Below are positions 1 through 11,400 of a stretch of DNA of 64,000 nucleotides, one piece after another (within the stretch, counting starts at the first letter, position 1; each line of letters opens with the position of its first letter). The stretch is taken from positions 1,302,001-1,366,000 of the forward strand of contig OZ176050.1 in assembly GCA_964247055.1 (NCBI GenBank). The letters are read 5' to 3'. The notes under the pieces are model-generated. The model saw nothing but the letters and a program-made list of their open reading frames with translations. It did no database searches and was not told the DNA's origin. The stretch is from Paragordius varius. Lineage: Eukaryota > Animalia > Nematomorpha. The translations under genes and the position numbers were made by a program.

Positions 1-178
1 ATATTGGTCACCGGTGAACAAAATTATTTTTTATACATTCTCTTAGCAAGACTACATCAAAATATAGAGAATGTTTGACAAACTCTTTCATATCCGATTT
101 TTACAACGATACTTTAAAAATTAATGTATTAAACTAGTCGCATCAATACTCAAGTTAAACTTTGTCCTTAAAAATCGG
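1..178 (+). repeat. Reference 178-bp monomer (phase arbitrary)
   Basis: Next unit starts at 179. Contains BstEII GGTCACC, AgeI/SgrAI CACCGGTG and SpeI ACTAGT sites. Stop codons occur in all three plus-strand frames of each unit. Confidence 0.98.
4..21. other. 18-bp near-perfect palindrome TTG-G-TCACCGGTGA-A-CAA
   Basis: TCACCGGTGA is a perfect 10-bp palindrome; flanking TTG/CAA pair after one mismatch. Confidence 0.9.
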
Positions 179-182
179 ATAT
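90..182. repeat. Perfect 14-bp inverted repeat in the consensus monomer (arms 90-103 and 169-182)
   Basis: ATATCCGATTTTTA is the exact reverse complement of TAAAAATCGGATAT. Confidence 0.95.
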
Positions 183-369
183 TGGTCACCGGTGAACAAA
201 ATTATTTTTTTTACATTCTCTTAGCAAGACTACATCAAAATATAGAGATAGTTTAACAAACTCTTTCATATCCGATTTTTACAACGATACTTTAAAAATT
301 AATGTATAAAACTAGTTGTATCAATAAGTCGCATCAATACTCAAGTTAAACTTTGTCCTTAAAAATCGG
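179..369 (+). repeat. 191-bp monomer variant with 13-bp internal tandem duplication
   Basis: AGTTGTATCAATA (314-326) is followed by AGTCGCATCAATA (327-339). 6 of the first 22 monomers carry the duplication, and it recurs throughout the window. Confidence 0.97.
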
Positions 370-3300
370 ATTTTGGTCACCGGTGAACAAAATTATTTTT
401 TATACATTCTCTTAGTAGGACTACATCAAAATATAGAGATAGTTTGGCAAACTCTTTCATATCCGATTTTTACAACGATACTTTAAAAATTAATGTATTA
501 AACTAGTCGCATCAATACTCAAGTTAAACTTTGTCCTTAAAAATCGGATATTGGTCACCGGTGAACAAAATTATTTTTTATACATTCTCTTAGCAAGACT
601 ACATCAAAATATAGAGAATGTTTGACAAACTCTTTCATATCCGATTTTTTCAACGATACTTTAAAAATTAATGTATTAAACTAGTCGCATCAATACTCAA
701 GTTAAACTTTGTCCTTAAAAATCGGATATTGGTCACCGGTGAACAAAATAATTTTTTATATATTTTCTTAGTAAGACTACATCAAAATATAGAGATAGTT
801 TGAGAAACTCTTTCATATCCGATTTTTACAACGATACTTTAAAAATTAATGTATAAAACTAGTCGCATCAATATTCAAGTTAAACTGTGTCCTTAAAAAT
901 CGAATATTGGTCACCGGTGAACAAAATTATTTTTTATACATTCTCTTAGTAAGACTACATCAAAATATAGAGATAGTTTGGCAAACTCTTTCAAATCCGA
1001 TTTTAACAACGATACTTTAAAAATTAATGTATAAAACTAGTCGTATCAATAAATCGCATCAATACTCAAGTTAAACTTTGTCCTTAAAAATCGGATATTG
1101 GTCACCGGTGAACAAAATTATTTTTTATACATTCTCTTAGTAGGACTACATCAAAATATAGAGATAGTTTGGCAAACTCTTTCATATCCGATTTTTACAA
1201 CGATACTTTAAAAATTAATGTATTAAACTAGTCGCATCAATACTCAAGTTAAACTTTGTCCTTAAAAATCGGATATTGGTCACCGGTGAACAAAATTATT
1301 TTTTATACATTCTCTTAGCAAGACTACATCAAAATATAGAGAATGTTTGACAAACTCTTTCATATCCGATTTTTACAACGATACTTTAAAAATTAATGTA
1401 TTAAACTAGTCGCATCAATACTCAAGTTAAAATTTGTCCTTAAAAATCGGATATTGGTCACCGGTGAACAAAATAATTTTTTATACATTCTCTTAGGAAG
1501 ACTACAGCAAAATATAGAGATAGTTTGACAAACTCTTTAATATCCGATTTTTACAACGATACTTTAAAAATTAATGTATAAAACTAGTCGTATCAATAAA
1601 TCGCATCAATACTCAAGTTAAACTTTGTCCTTAAAAATCGGATATTGGTCACCGGTGAACAAAATAATTTTTTATACATTCTCTTAGTAAGACTACAGCA
1701 AAATATAGAGATAGTTTGACAAACTCTTTCATATCCGATTTTTACAACGATACTTTAAAAATTAATGTATTAAACTAGTCGCATCAATACTCAAGTTAAA
1801 CTTTGTCCTTAAAAATCGGATATTGGTCACCGGTGAACAAAATTATTTTTTATACATTCTCTTAGCAAGACTACATCAAAATATAGAGAATGTTTGACAA
1901 ACTCTTTCATATCCGATTTTTACAACGATACTTTAAAAATTAATGTATTAAACTAGTCGCATCAATACTCAAGTTAAACTTTGTCCTTAAAAATCGGATA
2001 TTGGTCACCGGTGAACAAAATTATTTTTTTTACATTCTCTTAGCAAGACTACATCAAAATATAGAGATAGTTTAACAAACTCTTTCATATCCGATTTTTA
2101 CAACGATACTTTAAAAATTAATGTATAAAACTAGTTGTATCAATAAGTCGCATCAATACTCAAGTTAAACTGTGTCCTTAAAAATCGGATATTGGTCACC
2201 GGTGAACAAAATTATTTTTTATACATTCTCTTAGTAGGACTACATCAAAATATAGAGATAGTTTGGCAAACTCTTTCATATCCGATTTTTACAACGATAC
2301 TTTAAAAATTAATGTGTTAAACTAGTCGCATCAATACTCAAGTTAAACTTTGTCCTTAAAAATCGGATATTGGTCACCGGTGAACAAAATAATTTTTTAT
2401 ACATTCTCTTAGCAAGACTACATCAAATAGAGATAGTTTGACAAACTCTTTCATATCCGATTTTTACAACGATACTTTAAAAATTAATGTATAAAACTAG
2501 TCGTATCAATAAATCGCATCAATACTCAAGTTAAACGTTGTCCTTAAAAATCGGATATTGGTCACCGGTAAACAAAATTATTTTTTATACATTCTCTTAG
2601 TAGGACTACATCAAAATATAGAGATAGTTTGGCAAACTCTTTCATATCCGATTTTTACAACGATACTTTAAAAATTAATGTATTAAACTAGTCGCATCAA
2701 TACTCAAGTTAAACTTTGTCCTTAAAAATCGGATATTGGTCACCGGTGAACAAAATAATTTTTTATATATTTTCTTAGTAAGACTACATCAAAATATAGA
2801 GATAGTTTGAGAAACTCTTTCATATCCGATTTTTACAACGATACTTTAAAAATTAATGTATAAAACTAGTCGCATCAATATTCAAGTTAAACTGTGTCCT
2901 TAAAAATCGAATATTGGTCACCGGTGAACAAAATTATTTTTTATACATTCTCTTAGTAAGACTACATCAAAATATAGAGATAGTTTGGCAAACTCTTTCA
3001 TATCCGATTTTTACAACGATACTTTAAAAATTAATGTATAAAACTAGTCGTATCAATAAATCGCATCAATACTCAAGTTAAACTTTGTCCTTAAAAATCG
3101 GATATTGGTCACCGGTGAACAAAATTATTTTTTATACATTCTCTTAGTAGGACTACATCAAAATATAGAGATAGTTTGGCAAACTCTTTCATATCCGATT
3201 TTTACAACGATACTTTAAAAATTAATGTATTAAACTAGTCGCATCAATACTCAAGTTAAACTTTGTCCTTAAAAATCGGATATTGGTCACCGGTGAACAA

Positions 3301-3457
3301 AATTATTTTTTATACATTCTCTTAGCAAGACTACATCAAAATATAGAGAATGTTTGACAAACTCTTTCATATCCGATTTTTACAACGATACTTTAAAAAT
3401 TAATGTATTAAACTAGTCGCATCAATACTCAAGTTAAACTTTGTCCTTAAAAATCGG

Positions 3458-3615
3458 ATATTGGTCACCGGTGAACAAAATTATTTTTTTTACATTCTCT
3501 TAGCAAGACTACATCAAAATATAGAGATAGTTTGACAAACTCTTTCATATCCGATTTTTACAACGATACTTCAAAAATTAATGTATTCAAGTTAAATTTT
3601 GTCCTTAAAAATGGG
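3458..3615 (+). repeat. 158-bp monomer variant (20-bp deletion removing the ACTAGT segment)
   Basis: AATGTATTCAAG replaces AATGTATTAAACTAGTCGCATCAATACTCAAG. Junctions lie near 3587, 6622, 11840, 13240, 15577, 17739, 19499, 29331 and 33613. Confidence 0.95.
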
Positions 3616-6600
3616 ATATTGGTCACCGGTGAACAAAACTATTTTTTATACATTCTCTTAGTAAGACTACATCAAAATATAGAGATAGTTTGACAAACTA
3701 TTTCACCGATTTTTACAACGATACTTTAAGAATTAATGTTTAAAACTAGTCGCATCAATACTTAAGTTAAACTTTGTCCTTAAAAATCGGATATTGGTCA
3801 CCGGTGAACAAAATTATTTTTTATACATTCTCTTAGTAAGACTACATCAAAATATAGAAATAGTTTGACAAACTCTTTCATATCCGATTTTTACAACGAT
3901 ACTTTAAAAATTAATGTATTAAACTAGTCGCATCAATACTCAAGTTAAACTTTGTCCTTAAAAATCGGATATTGGTCACCGGTGAACAAAATTATTTTTT
4001 ATACATTCTCTTAGCAAGACTACATCAAAATATAGAGAATGTTTGACAAACTCTTTCATATCCGATTTTTACAACGATACTTTAAAAATTAATGTATTAA
4101 ACTAGTCGCATCAATACTCAAGTTAAACTTTGTCCTTAAAAATCGGATATTGGTCACCGGTGAACAAAATTATTTTTTTTACATTCTCTTAGCAAGACTA
4201 CATCAAAATATAGAGATAGTTTAACAAACTCTTTCATATCCGATTTTTACAACGATACTTTAAAAATTAATGTATAAAACTAGTTGTATCAATAAGTCGC
4301 ATCAATACTCAAGTTAAACTTTGTCCTTAAAAATCGGATTTTGGTCACCGGTGAACAAAATTATTTTTTATACATTCTCTTAGTAGGACTACATCAAAAT
4401 ATAGAGATAGTTTGGCAAACTCTTTCATATCCGATTTTTACAACGATACTTTAAAAATTAATGTATTAAACTAGTCGCATCAATACTCAAGTTAAACTTT
4501 GTCCTTAAAAATCGGATATTGGTCACCGGTGAACAAAATTATTTTTTATACATTCTCTTAGCAAGACTACATCAAAATATAGAGAATGTTTGACAAACTC
4601 TTTCATATCCGATTTTTTCAACGATACTTTAAAAATTAATGTATTAAACTAGTCGCATCAATACTCAAGTTAAACTTTGTCCTTAAAAATCGGATATTGG
4701 TCACCGGTGAACAAAATAATTTTTTATATATTTTCTTAGTAAGACTACATCAAAATATAGAGATAGTTTGAGAAACTCTTTCATATCCGATTTTTACAAC
4801 GATACTTTAAAAATTAATGTATAAAACTAGTCGCATCAATATTCAAGTTAAACTGTGTCCTTAAAAATCGAATATTGGTCACCGGTGAACAAAATTATTT
4901 TTTATACATTCTCTTAGTAAGACTACATCAAAATATAGAGATAGTTTGGCAAACTCTTTCAAATCCGATTTTAACAACGATACTTTAAAAATTAATGTAT
5001 AAAACTAGTCGTATCAATAAATCGCATCAATACTCAAGTTAAACTTTGTCCTTAAAAATCGGATATTGGTCACCGGTGAACAAAATTATTTTTTATACAT
5101 TCTCTTAGTAGGACTACATCAAAATATAGAGATAGTTTGGCAAACTCTTTCATATCCGATTTTTACAACGATACTTTAAAAATTAATGTATTAAACTAGT
5201 CGCATCAATACTCAAGTTAAACTTTGTCCTTAAAAATCGGATATTGGTCACCGGTGAACAAAATTATTTTTTATACATTCTCTTAGCAAGACTACATCAA
5301 AATATAGAGAATGTTTGACAAACTCTTTCATATCCGATTTTTACAACGATACTTTAAAAATTAATGTATTAAACTAGTCGCATCAATACTCAAGTTAAAA
5401 TTTGTCCTTAAAAATCGGATATTGGTCACCGGTGAACAAAATAATTTTTTATACATTCTCTTAGGAAGACTACAGCAAAATATAGAGATAGTTTGACAAA
5501 CTCTTTAATATCCGATTTTTACAACGATACTTTAAAAATTAATGTATAAAACTAGTCGTATCAATAAATCGCATCAATACTCAAGTTAAACTTTGTCCTT
5601 AAAAATCGGATATTGGTCACCGGTGAACAAAATAATTTTTTATACATTCTCTTAGTAAGACTACAGCAAAATATAGAGATAGTTTGACAAACTCTTTCAT
5701 ATCCGATTTTTACAACGATACTTTAAAAATTAATGTATTAAACTAGTCGCATCAATACTCAAGTTAAACTTTGTCCTTAAAAATCGGATATTGGTCACCG
5801 GTGAACAAAATTATTTTTTATACATTCTCTTAGCAAGACTACATCAAAATATAGAGAATGTTTGACAAACTCTTTCATATCCGATTTTTACAACGATACT
5901 TTAAAAATTAATGTATTAAACTAGTCGCATCAATACTCAAGTTAAACTTTGTCCTTAAAAATCGGATATTGGTCACCGGTGAACAAAATTATTTTTTTTA
6001 CATTCTCTTAGCAAGACTACATCAAAATATAGAGATAGTTTAACAAACTCTTTCATATCCGATTTTTACAACGATACTTTAAAAATTAATGTATAAAACT
6101 AGTTGTATCAATAAGTCGCATCAATACTCAAGTTAAACTGTGTCCTTAAAAATCGGATATTGGTCACCGGTGAACAAAATTATTTTTTATACATTCTCTT
6201 AGTAGGACTACATCAAAATATAGAGATAGTTTGGCAAACTCTTTCATATCCGATTTTTACAACGATACTTTAAAAATTAATGTGTTAAACTAGTCGCATC
6301 AATACTCAAGTTAAACTTTGTCCTTAAAAATCGGATATTGGTCACCGGTGAACAAAATAATTTTTTATACATTCTCTTAGTAAGACTACAGCAAAATATA
6401 GAGATAGTTTGACAAACTCTTTCATATCCGATTTTTACAACGATACTTTAAAAATTAATGTATTAAACTAGTCGCTTTGTCCTTAAAAATCGGATATTGG
6501 TCACCGGTGAACAAAATTATTTTTTATACATTCTCTTAGCAAGACTACATCAAAATATAGAGAATGTTTGACAAACTCTTTCATATCCGATTTTTACAAC

Positions 6601-7007
6601 GATACTTCAAAAATTAATGTATTCAAGTTAAATTTTGTCCTTAAAAATGGGATATTGGTCACCGGTGAACAAAACTATTTTTTATACATTCTCTTAGTAA
6701 GACTACATCAAAATATAGAGATAGTTTGACAAACTATTTCATATCCGATTTTTACAACGATACTTTAAGAATTAATGTTTAAAACTAGTCGCATCAATAC
6801 TTAAGTTAAACTTTGTCCTTAAAAATCGGATATTGGTCACCGGTGAACAAAATTATTTTTTATACATTCTCTTAGTAAGACTACATCAAAATATAGAAAT
6901 AGTTTGACAAACTCTTTCATATCCGATTTTTGCAACGATACTTTAAAAATTAATGTATTAAACTAGTCGCATCAATACTCAAGTTAAACTTTGTCCTTAA
7001 AAATCGG

Positions 7008-8456
7008 ATATTGGTCACCGGTGAACAAAATTATTTTTTATGCATTCTCTTAGCAAGACTACATCAAAATATAGAGAATGTTTGACAAACTCTTTCATAT
7101 CCGATTTTTACAACGATACTTTAAAAAATAATGTATTAAACTAGTCGCATCAATACTCAAGTTAAACTTTGTCCTTAAAAATCGGATATTGGTCACCGGT
7201 GAACAAAATTATTTTTTTTACATTCTCTTAGCAAGACTACATCAAAATATAGAGATAGTTTAACAAACTCTTTCATATCCGATTTTTACAACGATACTTT
7301 AAAAATTAATGTATAAAACTAGTTGTATCAATAAGTCGCATCAATACTCAAGTTAAACTTTGTCCTTAAAAATCGGATATTGGTCACCGGTGAACAAAAT
7401 TATTTTTTATACATTCTCTTAGTAGGACTACATCAAAATATAGAGATAGTTTGGCAAACTCTTTCATATCCGATTTTTACAACGATACTTTAAAAATTAA
7501 TGTATTAAACTAGTCGCATCAATACTCAAGTTAAACTTTGTCCTTAAAAATCGGATATTGGTCACCGGTGAACAAATATATTTTTTATACATTCTCTTAG
7601 CAAGACTACATCAAAATATAGAGAATGTTTGACAAACTCTTTCATATCCGATTTTTACAACGATACTTTAAAAATTAATGTATTAAACTAGTCGCATCAA
7701 TACTCAAGTTAAACTTTGTCCTTAAAAATCGGATATTGGTCACCGGTGAACAAAATAATTTTTTATATATTTTCTTAGTAAGACTACATCAAAATATAGA
7801 GATAGTTTGAGAAACTCTTTCATATCCGATTTTTACAACGATACTTTAAAAATTAATGTATAAAACTAGTCGCATCAATATTCAAGTTAAACTGTGTCCT
7901 TAAAAATCGAATATTGGTCACCGGTGAACAAAATTATTTTTTATACATTCTCTTAGTAAGACTACATCAAAATATAGAGATAGTTTGGCAAACTCTTTCA
8001 TATCCGATTTTTACAACGATACTTTAAAAATTAATGTATAAAACTAGTCGTATCAATAAATCGCATCAATACTCAAGTTAAACTTTGTCCTTAAAAATCG
8101 GATATTGGTCACCGGTGAACAAAATTATTTTTTATACATTCTCTTAGTAGGACTACATCAAAATATAGAGATAGTTTGGCAAACTCTTTCATATCCGATT
8201 TTTACAACGATACTTTAAAAATTAATGTATTAAACTAGTCGCATCAATACTCAAGTTAAACTTTGTCCTTAAAAATCGGATATTGGTCACCGGTGAACAA
8301 AATTATTTTTTATACATTCTCTTAGCAAGACTACATCAAAATATAGAGAATGTTTGACAAACTCTTTCATATCCGATTTTACAACGATACTTTAAAAATT
8401 AATGTATTAAACTAGTCGCATCAATACTCAAGTTAAACTTTGTCCTTAAAAATCGG
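7008..8456. repeat. Further copy of the 8-monomer series at 1-1450
   Basis: Same order of monomer types (GAGAATG; TTAACAAAC+191; TAGGAC/GGCA; GAGAATG; GAGAAAC; 191; TAGGAC; GAGAATG). 1,449 vs 1,450 bp because of one T deletion. Confidence 0.88.
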
Positions 8457-11400
8457 ATATTGGTCACCGGTGAACAAAATAATTTTTTATACATTCTCTT
8501 AGCAAGACTACATCAAAATATAGAGATAGTTTGACAAACTCTTTCATATCCGATTTTTACAACGATACTTTATAAATTAATGTATAAAACTAGTCGTATC
8601 AATAAATCGCATCAATACTCAAGTTAAACTTTGTCCTTAAAAATCGGATATTGGTCACCGGTGAACAAAATAATTTTTTATACATTCTCTTAGTAAGACT
8701 ACAGCAAAATATAGAGATAGTTTGACAAACTCTTTCATATCCGATTTTTACAACGATACTTTAAAAATTAATGTATTAAACTAGTCGCATCAATACTCAA
8801 GTTAAACTTTGTCCTTAAAAATCGGATATTGGTCACCGGTGAACAAAATTATTTTTTATACATTCTCTTAGCAAGACTACATCAAAATATAGAGAATGTT
8901 TGACAAACTCTTTCATATCCGATTTTTACAACGATACTTTAAAAATTAATGTATTAAACTAGTCGCATCAATACTCAAGTTAAACTTTGTCCTTAAAAAT
9001 CGGATATTGGTCACCGGTGAACAAAATTATTTTTTATACATTCTCTTAGCAAGACTACATCAAAATATAGAGATAGTTTGACAAACTCTTTCATATCCGA
9101 TTTTTACAACGATACTTTAAAAATTAATGTATAAAACTAGTCGCATCAATACTCAAGTTAAACTTTGTCCTTAAAAATCGAATATTGGTCACCGGTTAAC
9201 AAAATTATTTTTTATACATTCTCTTAGTAAGACTACATCAAAATATAGAGATAGTTTGACAAACTCTTTCATATCCGATTTTTACAACGATACTTTAAAA
9301 ATTAATGCATAAAACTAGTCGCATCAATACTCAAGTTAAACTTTGTCCTTAAAAATCGAATATTGGTCACCGGTGAACAAAATTATTTTTTATACATTCT
9401 CTTAGTAAGACTACAGCAAAATATAGAGATAGTTTGACAAACTCTTTCATATCCGATTTTTACAACGATACTTTAAAAATTAATGTATAAAACTAGTCGT
9501 ATCAATAAATCGCATCAATACTCAAGTTAAACGTTGTCCTTAAAAATCGGATATTGGTCACCGGTAAACAAAATTATTTTTTATACATTCTCTTAGTAAG
9601 ACTACATCAAAATATAGAGATAGTTTGACAAACTCTTTCATATCCGATTTTTACAACGATACTTTAAAAATTAATGTATAAAACTAGTCGCATCAATACT
9701 CAAGTTAAACTTTGTCCTTAAAAATCGAATATTGGTCACCGGTGAACAAAATTATTTTTTATACATTCTCTTAGTAAGACTACATCAAAATATAGAGATA
9801 GTTTGACAAACTCTTTCATATCCGATTTTTACAACGATACTTTAAAAATTAATGTATAAAACTAGTCGCATCAATACTCAAGTTAAACTTTGACCTTAAA
9901 AATCGAATATTGGTCACCGGTGAACAAAATTATTTTTTATACATTCTCTTAGTAAGACTACATCAAAATATAGAGATAGTTTGACAAACTCTTTCATATC
10001 CGATTTTTACAACTATACTTTAAAAATTAATGTATAAAACTAGTCGCATCAATACTCAAGTTAAACTTTATCCTTAAAAATTGGATATTGGTCACCGGTG
10101 AACAAAATAATTTTTTATACATTCTCTTAGTAAGACTACATCAAAATATAGAGATAGTTTGACAAACTCTTTCATATCCGATTTTTACAACGATACTTTA
10201 AAAATTAATGTATAAAACTAGTCGCATCAATATTCAAGATAAACTTTGTCCTTAAAAATCGAATATTGGTCACCGGTGAACAAAATTATTTTTTATACAT
10301 TCTCTTAGTAAGACTACATCAAAATATAGAGATAGTTTGACAAACTCTTTCATATCCGATTTTTACAACGATACTTTAAAAATTAATGTATTAAACTAGT
10401 CGCATCAATACTCAAGTTAAACTTTGTCCTTAAAAATCGGATATTGGTCACCGGTGAACAAAATAATTTTTTATACATTCTCTTAGTAAGACTACAGCAA
10501 AATATAGATTTAGTTTGACAAACTCTTTCATATCCGATTTTTACAACGATACTTTAAAAATTAATGTATTAAACTAGTCGCATGAATACTCAAGTTAAAC
10601 TTTGTCCTTAAAAATCGGATATTGGTCACCGGTGAACAAAATTATTTTTTTTACATTCTCTTAGCAAGACTACATCAAAATATAGAGATAGTTTGACAAA
10701 CTCTTTCATATCCGATTTTTACAACGATACTTTATAAATTAATGTATAAAACTAGTCGTATCAATAAGTCGCATCAATACTCAAGTTAAACGTTGTCCTT
10801 AAAAATCGGATATTGGTCACCGGAGAACAAAATTATTTTTTATACATTCTCTTAGTAGGACTACATCAAAATATAGAGATAGTTTGGCAAACTCTTTCAT
10901 ATCCGATTTTTACAACGATACTTTAAAAATTAATGTGTTAAACTAGTCGCATCAATACTCAAGTTAAACTTTGTCCTTAAAAATCGAATATTGGTCACCG
11001 GTGAACAAAATTATTTTTTATACATTCTCTTAGTAAGACTACATCAAAATATAGAGATAGTTTGAGAAACTCTTTCATATCCGATTTTTACAACGATACT
11101 TTAAAAATTAATGTATAAAACTTGTCGCATCAATATTCAAGTTAAACTTTGTCCTTAAAAATCGAATATTGGTCACCGGTGAACAAAATTATTTTTTATA
11201 CATTCTCTTAGTAAGACTACATCAATATATAGAGATAGTTTGAAAACTCTTTCATATCCGATTTTTACAACGATACTTTAAAAATTAATGTGTTAAACTA
11301 GTCGCATCAATACTCAAGTTAAACTTTGTCCTTAAAAATCGGATATTGGTCAGCGGTGAACAAAATAATTTTTTATACATTCTCTTAGTAAGACTACAGC

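Larger units (their letters stand above)
1..6380. repeat. Block duplication 1-2412 = 3969-6380 (offset 3,968 bp, 22 monomers)
   Basis: Rare variants recur at +3968: GGATTTTGG (370/4338), GATTTTTTCAAC, TCAAATCCGATTTTAAC, TTAGGAAG, CTCTTTAATA. The match ends at 2413 C vs 6381 T. Confidence 0.92.

Noticed and set aside
93-110. Canonical CENP-B box
   Set aside because: CpG spacing is 10 rather than 7 nt, and the TTCG and CGGG cores are incomplete.
20-174. Phased A-tract intrinsic curvature
   Set aside because: A/T tracts are frequent (20, 27, 59, 98, 113, 170) but not consistently spaced at ~10.5 bp by eye. A curvature calculation would be needed.
1-178. Arabidopsis CEN178, Brassica CentBr or primate alpha satellite identity
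   Set aside because: Only the length is similar. There is no HindIII AAGCTT site, no recognisable consensus blocks, and the GC content is lower.
90-182. MITE or transposon with terminal inverted repeats
   Set aside because: The 14-bp arms have no target-site duplication or unique flanks and are integral to the tandem unit. A remote MITE origin cannot be excluded but is not supportable from this window.
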